DNA of 64,000 nt from Eledone cirrhosa (lineage: Eukaryota), in assembly GCA_964016885.1 (NCBI GenBank), contig OZ024740.1, positions 242,296,001 to 242,360,000 on the forward strand. The letters run 5' to 3'. Positions 42,161 to 55,937 of this stretch are shown here, one piece after another. A program made the position numbers and the translations under genes. Position 1 is the stretch's first letter. Each line of letters begins with the position of its first letter. The notes under the pieces are model-generated. The model was given only the letters and a program-made list of their open reading frames with translations. It searched no databases and was not told the DNA's origin.

Positions 42161-43951
42161 AGATGATGCATGACATACCCTGACTTAGTAGATGGTTAAG
42201 ATTCAGTCATGCTAGTGAATAAGATATGACAAAACTCAATATTTATATACCTTAAGATTGAGACATGAAAAAATTTACATATAATACAGAGGGTGCGTGT
42301 GAGAAAGCTTAAAAATACATAATACCAATTTACATAACTGTTAGAGATTCAAATAATTTACATTATTGAAGAAAGAAGAAAGAAAGAAGAAAGACAGAAA
42401 GAAATAGATGAGGAAAAAATATAGTTACTAGAAAACAATATAGTTACTAGAAAACAAAAGAGAATGGATCAGGGATAGAGAGACAAGGAGGAAAAATGTT
42501 TATAGTATAAAGCATAAGGAGGGAGATTTGTATTGTCGTGGATGAATAGCGTGTGATTAGATGATGCAAAAATATATATATCAATATAAATATGAATATA
42601 CATTTGGGCATAGCTTTGTGAAAGAGTAAACTCGAATCTTTGAATTATCTAGAAGTATCCATCAATCTAAATATTAAATATATCTGGGTGTAATAATATG
42701 AGGGTTTAATTTCGAGTCCATAGTTAATTAGAAATATACTAACAATTAATTATATACACTATATATATCCAAACGTATCCGGCTGACCGTTAAATTTTGA
42801 ATCATTTATGTTAGTTCAGAATAATGGATTAATCTAAAGGTATAATATTTCAGGCTATGAAATTTATAAATATCCTTATTAATATTAAACTATACAATCA
42901 TATTTAATTTATAAAATCATATTTAAAGTATTTGCAAACATGAGAAAGAAGAGACTTAATATTTTCATCCTCACGAAGGTAATCCATATCAAATTATATT
43001 ATTTTATATTATATTAAAAAACATTTTTTTATATTAAAATAATAATTCACATTATATAATTTAGAAAATAATTACAGTTATAACTTTAAAAATTTTAAAT
43101 TAACAATTAGAATGCCCTAAAGTATCTAAAGGCCTTAAAATTAGACTTAAAAAAGGGTATTATTAAATTAGATATACGCATTTGTCTAAATATATACAAA
43201 GAGTATATTGTCTAAAGTTCAAGACGATATTAGTCAGTTATGCACAATATAATATAATATAATAAATAAGTTACTGTTAATATTGTTAAAATTAAGGTTT
43301 TAGTTCAATTATTATATTAGAATCATGTAATACATATACTATAAATATACAAATCAAACTTCATGAATAGGATAAGAACCAGATTTTTAAAAAATAAGTA
43401 AATTGTTTGCGATCTTAAAAGTGTCAAATATCTAAGCTATATAATTTTAAAATACAAGAAAATTTTTAAGGATCTATATTGTAGTATAATTTCATATTTA
43501 AAGTGTCTGCAAACATGGGAAAGAGAAAACTTAAGATTTTCATCGACCCGAAGGTAACCCAAATTTAATTAAAAGTGGAAAAAGTTTGACAACTAGGATC
43601 GTGTGCGATGCATATACCATAAATATATATAAATAAATATAAATATATAAATCAAACATCCTGAAACTTAAAACTAAGATACTACAAAAGAATAAATACA
43701 TAAATGCATGAATGGTTTACGGTTCATTATAACTGTTAACCATATAAGCTATATATTTTAAAATATTCCTTCAATAATGTAAATTACTATTATATATTTC
43801 TAAGCTTTCTCTCACACACCCTCTGTATTATATGTAAATTTTTTCATGTCTCAATCTTAAGGTATATAAATATTGAGTTTTGTCATATCTTATTCACTAC
43901 CATGACTGAATCTTAACCATCTACTAAGTCAAGGTATGTCATGCATCATCT

Positions 43952-44018
43952 TATTTTATCTGATGAGGACGTACTGTTGAAGATAGCTCAGTACCTCTGA
44001 AATATGTATAATAAAATA
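43952..44018 (+). ncRNA. Minimal type I HHR motif (mirror copy)
   Basis: Same sequence as 42094-42160, on the plus strand. Confidence 0.7.
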
Positions 44019-44107
44019 TATTTGATCACACAAATGTCTATTTTTGCTAATATTTTGAATTAATATATATTATGAAATACTGTTGGCTTCTTGCTCACAA
44101 TAATTTC

Positions 44108-44145
<38 letters not shown>

Positions 44146-44674
44146 ACCATTTGCCTCCTTCACGGAACCATGGTTCAACTAAACACTCTTGCGATATTAA
44201 CACATTTTGAACTGCTTAACTTCAATGACTGCTTGTAAATAACATTAACTTTTCTTCCACATTGAATTTTTACGTTCCACATTATCTACGTTTTTTTTTC
44301 CTTTTTCTTTTTTCTTTTCACTTCTTAGACCTTGTTTGTATATAACATTATTCTTTCTGCACTTTCTGTTTAACATGTGCAACACCACACTAATACATCC
44401 CACTATCATTTGATAATGCATATAAATGCAGAAACCGGTAATAGACAATAATCAAATATATAATTAGATAAATAAATGCAATTGTTAAATAATAAATAAA
44501 TCAACTAATACCTTAACACTTCACACAAAGTAAAACATTTCGTTTTAATCATTTTCTAACCCAGAAAAAAGAGAGGGAGAGACAAAAAAAAGGGAAAAAA
44601 ATTTTATCTTCCTCATAATCGGCTCTTTGCCCCTGATTTCATATATATATATATTGGTCGTTTTTATGGCTGTG

Positions 44675-45215
<541 letters not shown>

Positions 45216-45280
45216 TATATATAATAAATCAAGAAAGAAGAGTGACATGGTTTGCTATACACTAAGAGCTTTATTCACAT

Positions 45281-45388
45281 TGCTGACAATTGTTTCTCTG
45301 AACTGGTAGGTCTAGAGATCGCTATACGCCTGTTTTTGCGTCAATCGATCACCAATACTTTGTTATAACCAGTCTATTCATCAGAGTA
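45281..45388 (-). ncRNA. Type I HHR-like motif with long stem II, on the tau sense strand
   Basis: Reverse complement: TACT-CTGATGA-ATAGACTGGT...ACCAGTTCAGA-GAAA-CAATTG-TC^AGCA. GUC triplet and palindromic stem III, but stem I is weak. Confidence 0.5.
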
Positions 45389-45451
45389 CTCGGAGCACCC
45401 TAACTGGACTACATCTAAGTGGACTACCTATAACAATTTGTTATCCCGTAT

Positions 45452-45482
<31 letters not shown>

Positions 45483-45975
45483 GGTTTAGCGTCCGTGTTC
45501 CACGCTTGCATGGGTTTGGACGGGGGTTTTCCCACTTGAGGCAAGAGTGGTTGTCTTGCTCGCATAGGACTGTCTGGCGGGTTTTCTACAGTTGGATGCC
45601 CTTCCTAACACCAACCACATTTACAGTGTGGGGCTGGGAGGTTTTTACCGTGTTGCCTACACGGCCACATTACAGCGTGGACTGTCTGGCGGGTTTTCTA
45701 CAGCTGGATGCCCTTCCTAACACCAACCACATTTACAGTGTGGGGCTGGGAGGTTTTTACCGTGTTGCCTACACGGCCACATTTACAGCGTAGACTGTGT
45801 GTTTTTTGTCGTGACACCTACACGATCTCATTTGTTTCGGCCTGGATGTTGTGAGACCAACATAACTTTACATTGAAAGGGGCGGTGTGGGTGGGGTGGA
45901 GGTGGTGGGACGGGGGTGTGTTTTGATAGAGATGCCTACTGACTGTAGTAGGTTTTTACTTTGTATTTACTTTGT
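45452..45975 (-). mobile_element. 3'UTR-only copy of the RTE LINE, inverted relative to 41455-41947
   Basis: Near-identical reverse complement, including the 114-bp duplication and (GAT)n tail. Confidence 0.9.
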
Positions 45976-45986
45976 ATATATATATT

Positions 45987-46017
<31 letters not shown>

Positions 46018-47113
46018 ATTATAGCACTTCTCAAAACAGAATTTTTATTAAACGGTTTGTGTGTACGTGTGCATACGCACATGTACACTTGTTTAGCATT
46101 GATAACAGTCACAGTTATATGATAAGCTTTTAAAAATATAATGGAAAATATTCACTACTTTTCATGTGCATGTAGAAACACATGACCTTTTCCTATAACA
46201 TTTTATTTTTAGCTTTGTCAGAAGAGGCTGGATGGTGCTCATGTTTTTTTCAGGGCATCTAAGACTAGTTTTCAAAAGCGAATGAGAAATCATATGTCCT
46301 GTTGTAAGTAATAAAGATTAAGATGCTGAGTTAATCTGAGACTAGCAAACTGATCTGAATGCTTGCAACAGATGGTGGATGTTAAACTGAATGATCGATT
46401 AAGTCTACCACTGTTAATGTGAATTGGTCCATATATATATACAAACATATGGTCAAATGAATATATACATTTATTTAATAACTAACTGCTGATTTCTGAT
46501 AAGAACTTCCAATGATGAGTTCTTACATTCTGAGTTCAAATTTTGTTGAGGTCAACTTTGTCTTTCATCCTTCCAGGGTTGATAAATAAACTAAAAGTCT
46601 GGGACAGTGGCCTGGTGGAGTCAAATAGGATGTTTTTTCATATTAGTTGATCAGTCCTAAGATTGAAAGGACTGATCAACTAAAGGATAGTATGTAAAAT
46701 CAGCTTAATGGTATAGCTCCAAATCAAATCATTAATTATTTAATTTGTGAATAATGATATTCAGATCAACTTATTATTGAGAAGCTGATGTAGAATAGGA
46801 ATTACGGTCAACAATTCAGTTGCATCCTTCTGGATTAAAAACTAGCTTTTATTTTTCTCAATTATAGAACTTATTTCATAATAACATTATTTCATTGTAC
46901 CAATACCATTTCCTGAATGAAATTTAAAAATCTATAATGATATCTAAATTTCCTTTGGCTACCTTAAATCTGCAATTAAGGTTAGATAGTTGATGTAATA
47001 TATATTTAACTTTAGTTTTTATCAGAATGTTAATGTGGTTCACAATGATGACAGGTGATAGTTTAAACTTGATATAAAAATGTTTTGATAGAGACAAAAA
47101 ATTGACTGCTAAC

Positions 47114-47226
47114 CTTTTTATCTCCACCACCAGGTTTATGGTCAACTTTATCCAAAGAGCCGACCTTTGGTTTAGCAGTTTCTAAATAAGACAACCGCTT
47201 GTTTTCAATTTTGATATTTCCACCGC
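47114..47226 (-). CDS. tau: tau-like exon, 113 nt: (G)GGNIKIENKRLSYLETAKPKVGSLDKVDHKPGGGDKK
   Basis: ttccag acceptor, gttag donor, phase 1-0. Same length and phase as human MAPT exon 12. Confidence 0.93.
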
Positions 47227-47464
47227 CTGGAATTTAATATAAATGATAAAAGTATTTAATGAACAAAATGAGCATATAATATAAAATATAAGCAGATGCA
47301 AACAAATTATCCATCACGAAAAAAAAAAAAAAAATGAAACTATATCTCTTGTCTTCAGTCAATGCAATATGTAAAATTTTACATTTTACAATTTCATTGT
47401 ATAGATTTTTATTGTATAAGGATTAAAAAGAAAAATAGAAGTGTGTAAGTTACTGACTAAATTA

Positions 47465-47730
47465 CTGTATTTGCCGGCCTATTGGACGCACTTTTTCAAA
47501 ACAAAAAAGAAAGAAAAATTTCTCCTGCTTCCAATATGCCGTATCACTGATGGGAGGTCAAAAAGATCTTAAATAGTATTTGTACAGATGTTGTACAATG
47601 AAAAAAACAATTAAATAACTTTTAATAAATTTATGAAAAAATGCACTAAAATTCATTTTTGCCCAAAATATCCATGTAAAACCAGGGGGTGTCTTACATG
47701 AAGGGGCATCCAATAGGCCAGCAAATACAG
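47465..47730. mobile_element. Tc1/mariner-superfamily (pogo/Tigger-like) MITE
   Basis: TA-CTGTATTTGCCGGCCTATTGGACGC ... GCATCCAATAGGCCAGCAAATACAG-TA. Confidence 0.75.
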
Positions 47731-48378
47731 TAATTAACTACTTTTCTTTAATGTATATATTTTTACACATAAACAGAGTAAATACCCAACTTTAAAGCCC
47801 CAAAAAGTAAATGAGAAATACATTTTGATTATTTAATTTCTATTTTAAACTACTTCTTGTAAAATTTCAAAAGAAAATACAGCCTGGGGAAAACTATTCT
47901 GCAAAGTAAGGCTTTAAGTAGGGCTTTTCAAGAGTAGAATATCAAGTAGTGATGAATGCATATGTATTGTACAAAATAGCAGCAAAATCAGGACAGTTGT
48001 TGAAGATCCAGACAATGTTTTTGGTGGTTATAATAATATTATACCCAAACAAAGATTTTGAAAAAGGTGGGATTTAAACTCAGAAAGAACAGAACCAGAT
48101 CCGATACAGCAAGGTATATCCTCCAATGCTCTAAGAGTTCCACCAATTCATTACCTGGGACTGGTTCTTTATTTCCCAATCTCAAAATGGCAAAAGGTAA
48201 TGTTGATCTCAGTGTAATTTTAACTCAGAGCATGGAGAACCAGAACACATACACTCTTACAAATCTGCCAATTTGCTGTGTTACTAATATGGATGGAAGA
48301 GTATTCTTATCTGTTGATTAGGAAATCAGATTTCAATATCATATTTTCACACACACACACACACACACAAAATCATAC

Positions 48379-48460
48379 CTGGTCTGTGTGTGATATTGTC
48401 TTTTGAACCAACCCTACTTTGTACTGCATCATATTTCTCCTTCTTATTGATGATTTTGAC
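48379..48460 (-). CDS. tau: tau-like exon, 82 nt: VKIINKKEKYDAVQSRVGSKDNITHRP(G)
   Basis: ttttag acceptor, gtatga donor, phase 0-1. Same length and phase as human MAPT exon 11. Confidence 0.93.
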
Positions 48461-51039
48461 CTAAAAGTTTAAAAAATAGGAAAAATAAAATCAGACAAAA
48501 TATAAAACTCATTGACTCAGATGAATTATTTTGTGCATCAACTCTCTCCACAGTTCAAACATCTTAAAATTCTTGCATCTATTTAATGTGGTTCAGTCTG
48601 GAAAAAAGGTTAGTCATGGCTGCAATGCTTTGTAGGTTTGCTCAATCAGGATTAACCTACAGCTAAACAACAACCATTGCAAAACTGAAGTACTTATGTT
48701 TTCTCATAATAAAATCCCTTAAATACAATTTCAGCAATAATAAATAAAGAAATGCTTCTAAAGAAACTTGTATAAACACTAAAACCAGATTTATATAACA
48801 TTTAATAGAAGTAAATATTTAATTCTAAAAAAAGAAGCAAAATAAAAAGCACATTCAAATATGTTAAAATATGGCAGCAATGTACATCAAATAAGTGTAT
48901 CTAATTTGAAAATTGTTTTTAAAAGCAAACTGAATAGCCATACAAACTTCACATATTTTGTAAACTAGTCATAGAATTTTTTTTAAATATGCATTTTACT
49001 TTCCTGCTGAAAAAAGAGCAAGTAATTTTATACAAAATCATTATAGGCATGTCTAGCATTTCACTAATTAAAAGATCATCATATGAATGCTTCAACTAAT
49101 ATTTTTTCAATGCAAAATATATCTTATCCCTGTTAAGAAATTGACATCAGGTAACCATCACATCTACATAATTTGTATTATTCTGTGACAATACATAAAT
49201 ATGAAGGGCAGTTATATAATGAGACAAATATGATAGAGCCTTAAGATACATCACCACTTTTTTAACCTGAGGTAAATGTTGATTATATCAGATAAATTAC
49301 TGTCTATAATTGCGGATAAGAAGAATTCTCTGGTGTGTGGAAGCCCATATGCATACCAACCTGTGGTCCCAGTGGTCAAAATGGAGAAAACAATTGCCCC
49401 TCGTAGGATGAGGGAGATGCATTAGAATAGCCATGCCAAATTGCGGGGCTCACTCTTATATTGTAAAAAGAAAATGTCAAAGTATTCTAAAATGAAAACT
49501 GAAGACTAAGGAAAAAAAAAAAAGATTGCAATAAGGGAAACAACTCTTAAGTACCTCAAATATCCATTCCTACAGAATTAGCCTAAATCAATAAAACATT
49601 ACTGATTATCTAAATTTATGCCTGAAATCCAAAAGTAGTGCATGCTTAACTTATGAACAGCAGTATTATTTTTCAATTGTTAACAATGCAGTAAAGATAA
49701 CATTCCTCTGGTTTATATCATTCTCAACACTGCCCTGAATTAGAAACATTTGTACATGACCATTGAACTTGCCATCCATTTTGATATTACAATTGTTCAG
49801 CCAATAGAATAATCTACTCATTAAATTATGTAAGTGGCTGAATATTCTACAAAGACGTCTTTCCTTAACATAAATCACATGTTTTCTCAGTTTGACACTG
49901 TGTGACAAGGCCAACCATATGAACTAGAAGTGCAATCTATCAAACAGGCTTCCTCTCTACCAGTTTCATTTCAGGTTTGAGTCAACCTGAAATTATTGTA
50001 GAAGACACTTGCCTCAGCTGTTACACAGTGGGATTGGACTAGAAACTTCATGATTATCAACCATACTTCATAACCATTGTGCCATACCACACTGAGCATA
50101 ATCGTCCTAACCGTTTGGCCCTATGGCTACATTTAATCATTTGGAGGATCATAATTTTTATGTCCACTCTTCCATGTTGATGGATTGCACACAAGACATT
50201 TTGTGGTAGTGTTTTACAGATCAATGCCATTTCTGACCCTAACACCTAGTCACCTCTTATGATACACAGGAATTTTAGAAGGGGTGTTTAGTATTTTGCT
50301 GCGGTTGATGGTAGCTACGATGCTGTGTGTTTGAATGTTACTGTTCTTGACCTATTTATTACCAAACCAATTAAAACTGTCCCTGGTTCTCAAAATACAA
50401 AAGTGATTGTTTTAAAGTGATTATATTTATCTAAATAATTGCTATCATAATTTTATGCAACAACCTTTAAGTTATGTTCTAAAGCTTAAGTTAATAGTAA
50501 GAAAATTAGTTATGTTACAATCTTTCCAAATTCTTGATGATTTTCAAAAGTATTTTAAAATTATAGGCAGTATTTCATTAGATATGGTATTCTTTGTGTG
50601 AGGTTGCTGAATAGTGTGTTGGCTAAGTGTAATGATCTAAAACAATAAAGAGACATGGAAAAAATGAATGTGTGGGTTGATGATATCAAAGACAAGTCTT
50701 TCTAGGGCTTGTGTTATTTTGCAGTTTCCCGATTCTGAGAATTTAGCAGTAAGAATAGATGAAGATGTTGATGAGTACAATAATCTCTTCAGGTGGTGTT
50801 TAAGATGATTAGGGAGCTTTTAGGCAACCCATATTTTGTGTCCCACATACATACCATGCTTTAGTCTGGTCTGAGACCAACAAACATCATGCAATTCTTG
50901 ACTTTATGAGAGTGATGTGTGGTAGTTAGAGTATACTGGTATTGTATCTTTCTGAAGTCTGAATCTCTTTAAATGTTTGTTTTCAACATTAAGTGTAGCC
51001 TTGAATTACAATTACATCTCAAGTCTGAAAATATCTGAA

Positions 51040-51298
51040 GTCTTGAGCCCAGTGGTTCATCAAGCCTAGTTTCTGTGGCATTTAACAATTGAGTGTAAAA
51101 AACTCTCCCCTGGACAGGATACCAGTCCATCACAGGGTTAAACCCCCAGCTATTGTTGGTACCCATTTTCAGATGAGTAGACTGGAGCAATGAAATATTC
51201 TGCTCAACAACACAACATACAACCCAGTCCAGGAATGAAACCCACAACATTTTGATCGTAAATCCAACACCCTTACCATTAGGCCACAAGCCTCCACT
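51040..51298 (-). mobile_element. tRNA-derived SINE (head related to family 3, different tail)
   Basis: Reverse complement: GGAGGCTTGTGGCCTAATGGTAAGG...GTTTCATTCC...TTGAGCAGAATATTT...CCTGTGATGGACTGGTATCCTGTCCAGGGG. Confidence 0.6.
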
Positions 51299-51362
51299 TT
51301 GAAAATATGTACATATATAAAATGCTTGTAACAAAAATTATTAGAGATATACTGATCAAAAA

Positions 51363-51401
<39 letters not shown>

Positions 51402-53819
51402 CATTCATACCAATAAACACATATATATCCAACAAAATAATGTATTATTACAAAGTAGCCAAAAATTGTGATTGAAATATACAGAAACTGATAAAATCAA
51501 CAAAGAATATCATGCATATAGCTGATGTGATTTATCAAAGCTTAAGCAGAAATATAGAGAGGTAGTGTTTGTTTGCAAAGTAACTATGTATTAGCCAAAT
51601 CTCTAGCAATGATCTGGGATAGGAATTGTGAAAGCTGACATCATAATCAAATTGTATTAATATTGAGGTATATCTATGGGCAGGTTTTAAGCTGTAACTG
51701 TTTTTAATCTGAAGTGACTATCAGAATGTGCCAAGTAATAACATTTTGAAGAGCTTTGTTTGTTGGAATGGCCGCAAAATACAAGTGTGAATTCCAACCT
51801 TTGATCTTTTCTTCCTTGGACTATCCTTACATCTGCCAGTCTTCCCAAATGTTTTTGACTTCCAATACAAAACAAAATCAATGCAGGTCATCAACCAATC
51901 CAAAAGAAATAAATCATAACAAAAATAATTTCATATTCAATGTTCTGTAACAGATACTTTTCAATAACCCAACTATGACATAATACAAATAAAAATAAGA
52001 TTGTAATTATGGTGGTGGTGGTGGTGATCATGGTTATGCTTCGAATAACAAACAATAAGGTATCTAAGTGATATGTTTTTTTATTCTTTGAGAATACCAC
52101 TAAAACTAATTTATTCAAACTAATGTCCTCATTTTGGTTGTTTTGTCATGCTTCAGCCATTGTGCCCTATCACCAGGCTCCACTTCAGGGTCCTGTTCTA
52201 TTTACCAATGTACTCAAAATTTAAAATTAAACCTTTTATCAAAACAACAGGGGCAGATTCTTCTCATTCTGTTGTTTATCCTGTGGCTTAAATAAAGGGT
52301 TGGTTTGAAATTCCAAAAATATAACCAAATACAACAAGCTGGAGAGCACAAAATGTCTCAACTATTAGAACCATGATAAAAACACTAGTACAAATAAATC
52401 ACTTAATAAATAACAATTCTTCAACTCAGAGATTCAGACAAAATATTAAATAGGTTTTGAAAACCAAGGCCAAATTGTTATTTCTAAACTGAAATCAAAG
52501 GTGAAATTTATATAATACTCTCATTTAATTTTGCTTGAAACCAGATAACTGTTGTATGAAAGAAGCATTCAATTAGCTTTATTAACTGCTACTTTCTTAA
52601 CTTTATTGTGAGCAAAGTCTTAAAAAATGCAATGGAGTTTATTAATTTAGATGCTGCATTTAAGCAAGTCATGCAACTGCTAACATGCTGCCCTCCTTGC
52701 TCATACAATATATCGATAATCATTGAATATAAAACAGTGTTAAATCTGTTTGTTTTTCAAGCATTAAACCTAATTAATTAACACTGGAAATGGAACGAAT
52801 GATAATAACTTATCAACTAGAATCCATGGAAGTGATAATATTTCAAAGGATTCTTTTATATTTTGAAGACAAAATATTCTACTTGCAAGTAAAATGTAAG
52901 CTAGAAGATTCTGGAACGAAGAATGAAGTAAGGGGTATGTTGGATTAATAATATGAACATAAGTTTTTTAATTAGCATCTCTTTTTATAAGCTAAAATAA
53001 TACTTGAGAATTAATATTATCAGCTGCTGATGGAAAATTATATGTATCAAAGAAAAATGTGTATTTATGTAAATGGAGAAAAATTGAAGTAAGGCAGTAA
53101 ATATTGAAGTTAAGAAATAGTAATTGTTGATTTAGAAAAGTAATATGTGTCAATATGTAAAACAAAAATTAACACAGTTAATAGTGACTGCAAAAGGTGA
53201 TAAGATTGCAGAACTGACAGAGCAACAGACAAAATGTATTGCAATATTTAACTGCAGCTCATTACATTCTAAGTTCAAATCCCACCATGGTTGACATTGC
53301 TTTTCCCTCCTTCAATAAAATAAATAACGACTCAAAGGCTGGTATTGAGACAATCAACCACCCCACCTCTGAAGTGTGTTATTCTGTACCTTTTATAGAA
53401 ATCAATATTAAATGCAAAGAACAGCACAGTACTTTATAATATAAAAACTGAATTTGTCAAACACGAATTTATCATGTCATCTTTTAGGAATTACAAGTTG
53501 CTTAATGGATACACATTTCAATCTGTATGAGACAGACCGTTAAGTCAAACTCTGTCATAAACAACATATTATGTTCTTGGGGAAAATACTTTATGCTATT
53601 TGTTCAAGTCATCTAATATGTAAGAAGTATACCTGTGGGACTTCATAAGAGAGTAGTTTTCAAGAAGGATACATATTTGAAAGATTTATGTAAACATCCA
53701 ACTATACTACCAAAATGAGGATTGCAGATGGTCAAAAACTGAAGAAATCTATCCTTAGAGGAAAAGATCATCGAATTCAAATTAAAACCTCTTTTCCTGA
53801 TAGATAATTATCATTTAAT

Positions 53820-54006
53820 TGTTTCTACTTTAGGCACAAGGCCAGCAATTACCCAGTACATTACTGGTACTTTATTTTATCGACCCCGTAAGGATGAAAG
53901 GCAAAGTCAACCTCGGCGGGATTTGAACTCAGATCGTAAAGGGACATAACTATGCTGGAAAGCATGGCGTCCGACCCTCTACCGATACTGCCAATCCACC
54001 GCCCTT
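53820..54006 (-). mobile_element. Young family-1 SINE with 19-bp target-site duplication
   Basis: TSD TAGATAATTATCATTTAAT at 53801-53819 and 54007-54025. Confidence 0.88.
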
Positions 54007-54170
54007 TAGATAATTATCATTTAATGGCATATGGAGAGAGAAAAAGAAGGATAATTAAAGGGAGGGGGGCACTGAAGACAATACAGCTTAAGATTACTAT
54101 ATATCTTTCATACACATGCACTCATGCATTCGCATCAATAGGATGAAGAAAGACTTGCCAAATTACTTAC

Positions 54171-54280
54171 ATTTCCTCCACCAGGTGTATGCCTTGCATT
54201 GTCCAGAGATCCAATCTTAGAACGAATATTTCTCGAGCTTGGTGATGGTGAGGAATGTTGTCCCGGTACCATCTGTCGAG
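54171..54280 (-). CDS. tau: tau-like exon, 110 nt: (A)RQMVPGQHSSPSPSSRNIRSKIGSLDNARHTPGGGN (repeat 1, KIGS)
   Basis: ttctatgtag acceptor, gtaagt donor, phase 1-0. Confidence 0.93.
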
Positions 54281-54444
54281 CTACATAGAAAATACATAAA
54301 GATGATAAAACATTATACACACATATACAGAAACATGCAGAAAGAAAATGTTATTTAGTATTATCAACATATTTATTCATACTAGTACAACATTTTGAAA
54401 TAAATTTAATATCTTTCAAGAATTTTTCTTTTCTTTGTTTTTTT

Positions 54445-55690
54445 AGCTATCCATATGACTGGATCCCATAAGGAGGGATGATTTGCCTCATGAAGCTTAG
54501 GCTGAAAGATAGGTATCTGTGGGTGGTGCAAGTTTATGCACCAAACACGGAGTCCGAATACAGATCCTTACTTGACAAAGTCACAGCAGCGTTAGATGTA
54601 GTTAAGACTGAGTCATGTATCCTGATGGGAGACTTCTATGCATATGTGGGCACTGATCACCTGACATGGAAAGGAGTGATTGGAAGGAATGGTGACGTCT
54701 ACCTAAATACAAATGGAGAGGCCTTACTAGAGTCCTGTTCTAACAATCGACTCTCTATTATGAACAGCTTCCAGCACAGAGACATCATAAATATATATGG
54801 GATAAGGCGAATCAAGAACAGAGATTAATAATTGATTTTGTTATTGTCTACTATCTCTTCGATTCTGTGCTGGATGTTCGTGTTAAGAGAGGGGTTGAGC
54901 TGTCAACTGATCACCATCTAGTTATCTGTAACTTGAGACTACCTAAAGCTAAAGAAGCCCACAAAACTGGCATATCCAGGGCAACCTACAGGATAAAGAG
55001 GGAAGTGTTGGTGGATAAGGAAGTCATCAAAATTCAGAGAACTCATTGAGCAAACTGGGGTCATTGACACAGAATGGAGATTGTCAAAGATGTCATCCAA
55101 GCATAGAAGGAGGCCTACAAAGCTTGGCTTGGAAATAAGTCCTCCTTCTTACACCAGCAGTACAAACAGGCACGAAGACACGCAGCATTTGGTTTTCAGA
55201 AGGGAGGTAGGTGTAAAAGCCAAACTTGCTATCTTCACTTTGGTATTTGCGCCAACCTGTACCTATGGTCATGACTCTTAGGTAATGAGCAAAAGAATAT
55301 GATCGCGAATACATGCAAGTGAAATGGGGTTCCTCTGAAAGGTCTAAGGAGTAATATTACCCAATAAAGTATATAACTTAGAGATCAGAGAGTCACTCTA
55401 AGTAGAGCCACAACCTCTCTGATTTGAAAGATCACAGCTCTGATACAATGGACATGTGGTTAGAATGTCTCAGGTAAGAATCGCTGGACAGATTTTATGG
55501 GCAAAACCAACTGGTAGGAGACCCAGGGGTAGACCCCAAGCAAGATGGTTGGATAACATCTATGAGCTTGGCTGGTTTCATTTGGGGATCTAGTCAGATT
55601 AGTTGAAGATGGTTGTTTCTGACAGGACCCACTGGAAGGAGTTTTTAAGGATTCTGTCCCCAAAGACCCTCTCAGGAGGAAGAAGAAAAA
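54445..55690 (+). mobile_element. Internally deleted RTE (Expander-like) LINE copy in a tau intron
   Basis: VVQVYAPNT, ILMGDF, STDHHLV (APE) joined to the C-terminal LTYGH region. Homologous to 1-2650. Confidence 0.85.
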
Positions 55691-55750
55691 CAAGTGATAT
55701 TTTGTGAAACAGATTTAACAGATCCAAGTGATTGAATAGAATTTTCTCAC

Positions 55751-55937
55751 CTGGACTCTGAGTTGATGAAGGAGGAGATTTTCGTGGTGATTTACTGCGA
55801 GAATCAATTCTTGAGGAAATATTTTTGAAATCAATCTTTTCACTGAAAATCCGAACATTTCCTCCTCCTGGGCGATAGGTATCATTTCTGGCATTGATCC
55901 CATATCGTTTTCTGGCATTAGGTGACAATGGTGAGAG
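55751..55937 (-). CDS. tau: tau-like exon, 187 nt: LSPLSPNARKRYGINARNDTYRPGGGNVRIFSEKIDFKNISSRIDSRSKSPRKSPPSSTQSP
   Basis: ttttatag acceptor, gtgaga donor, phase 0-1. PGGG and KSP/SP motifs. Confidence 0.88.

Larger units (their letters stand above)
41950..44066. mobile_element. ~2.1-kb PLE-like foldback element: ~280-bp inverted arms (42046-42324 / 43788-44066), tail 41950-42045, decayed AT-rich interior
   Basis: Arms near-identical, each with an HHR. KYINQTS*NLKLRY at 43641-43682 resembles the YIG motif of PLE GIY-YIG endonucleases (weak). Internal direct repeat about 42918-42990 / 43493-43565. Confidence 0.7.

Noticed and set aside
44402-44445. TTGATAA-TGCA...TGCA-GAAACCGGTA HHR-like motif
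   Set aside because: Catalytic core mutated at two positions. Fossil only.
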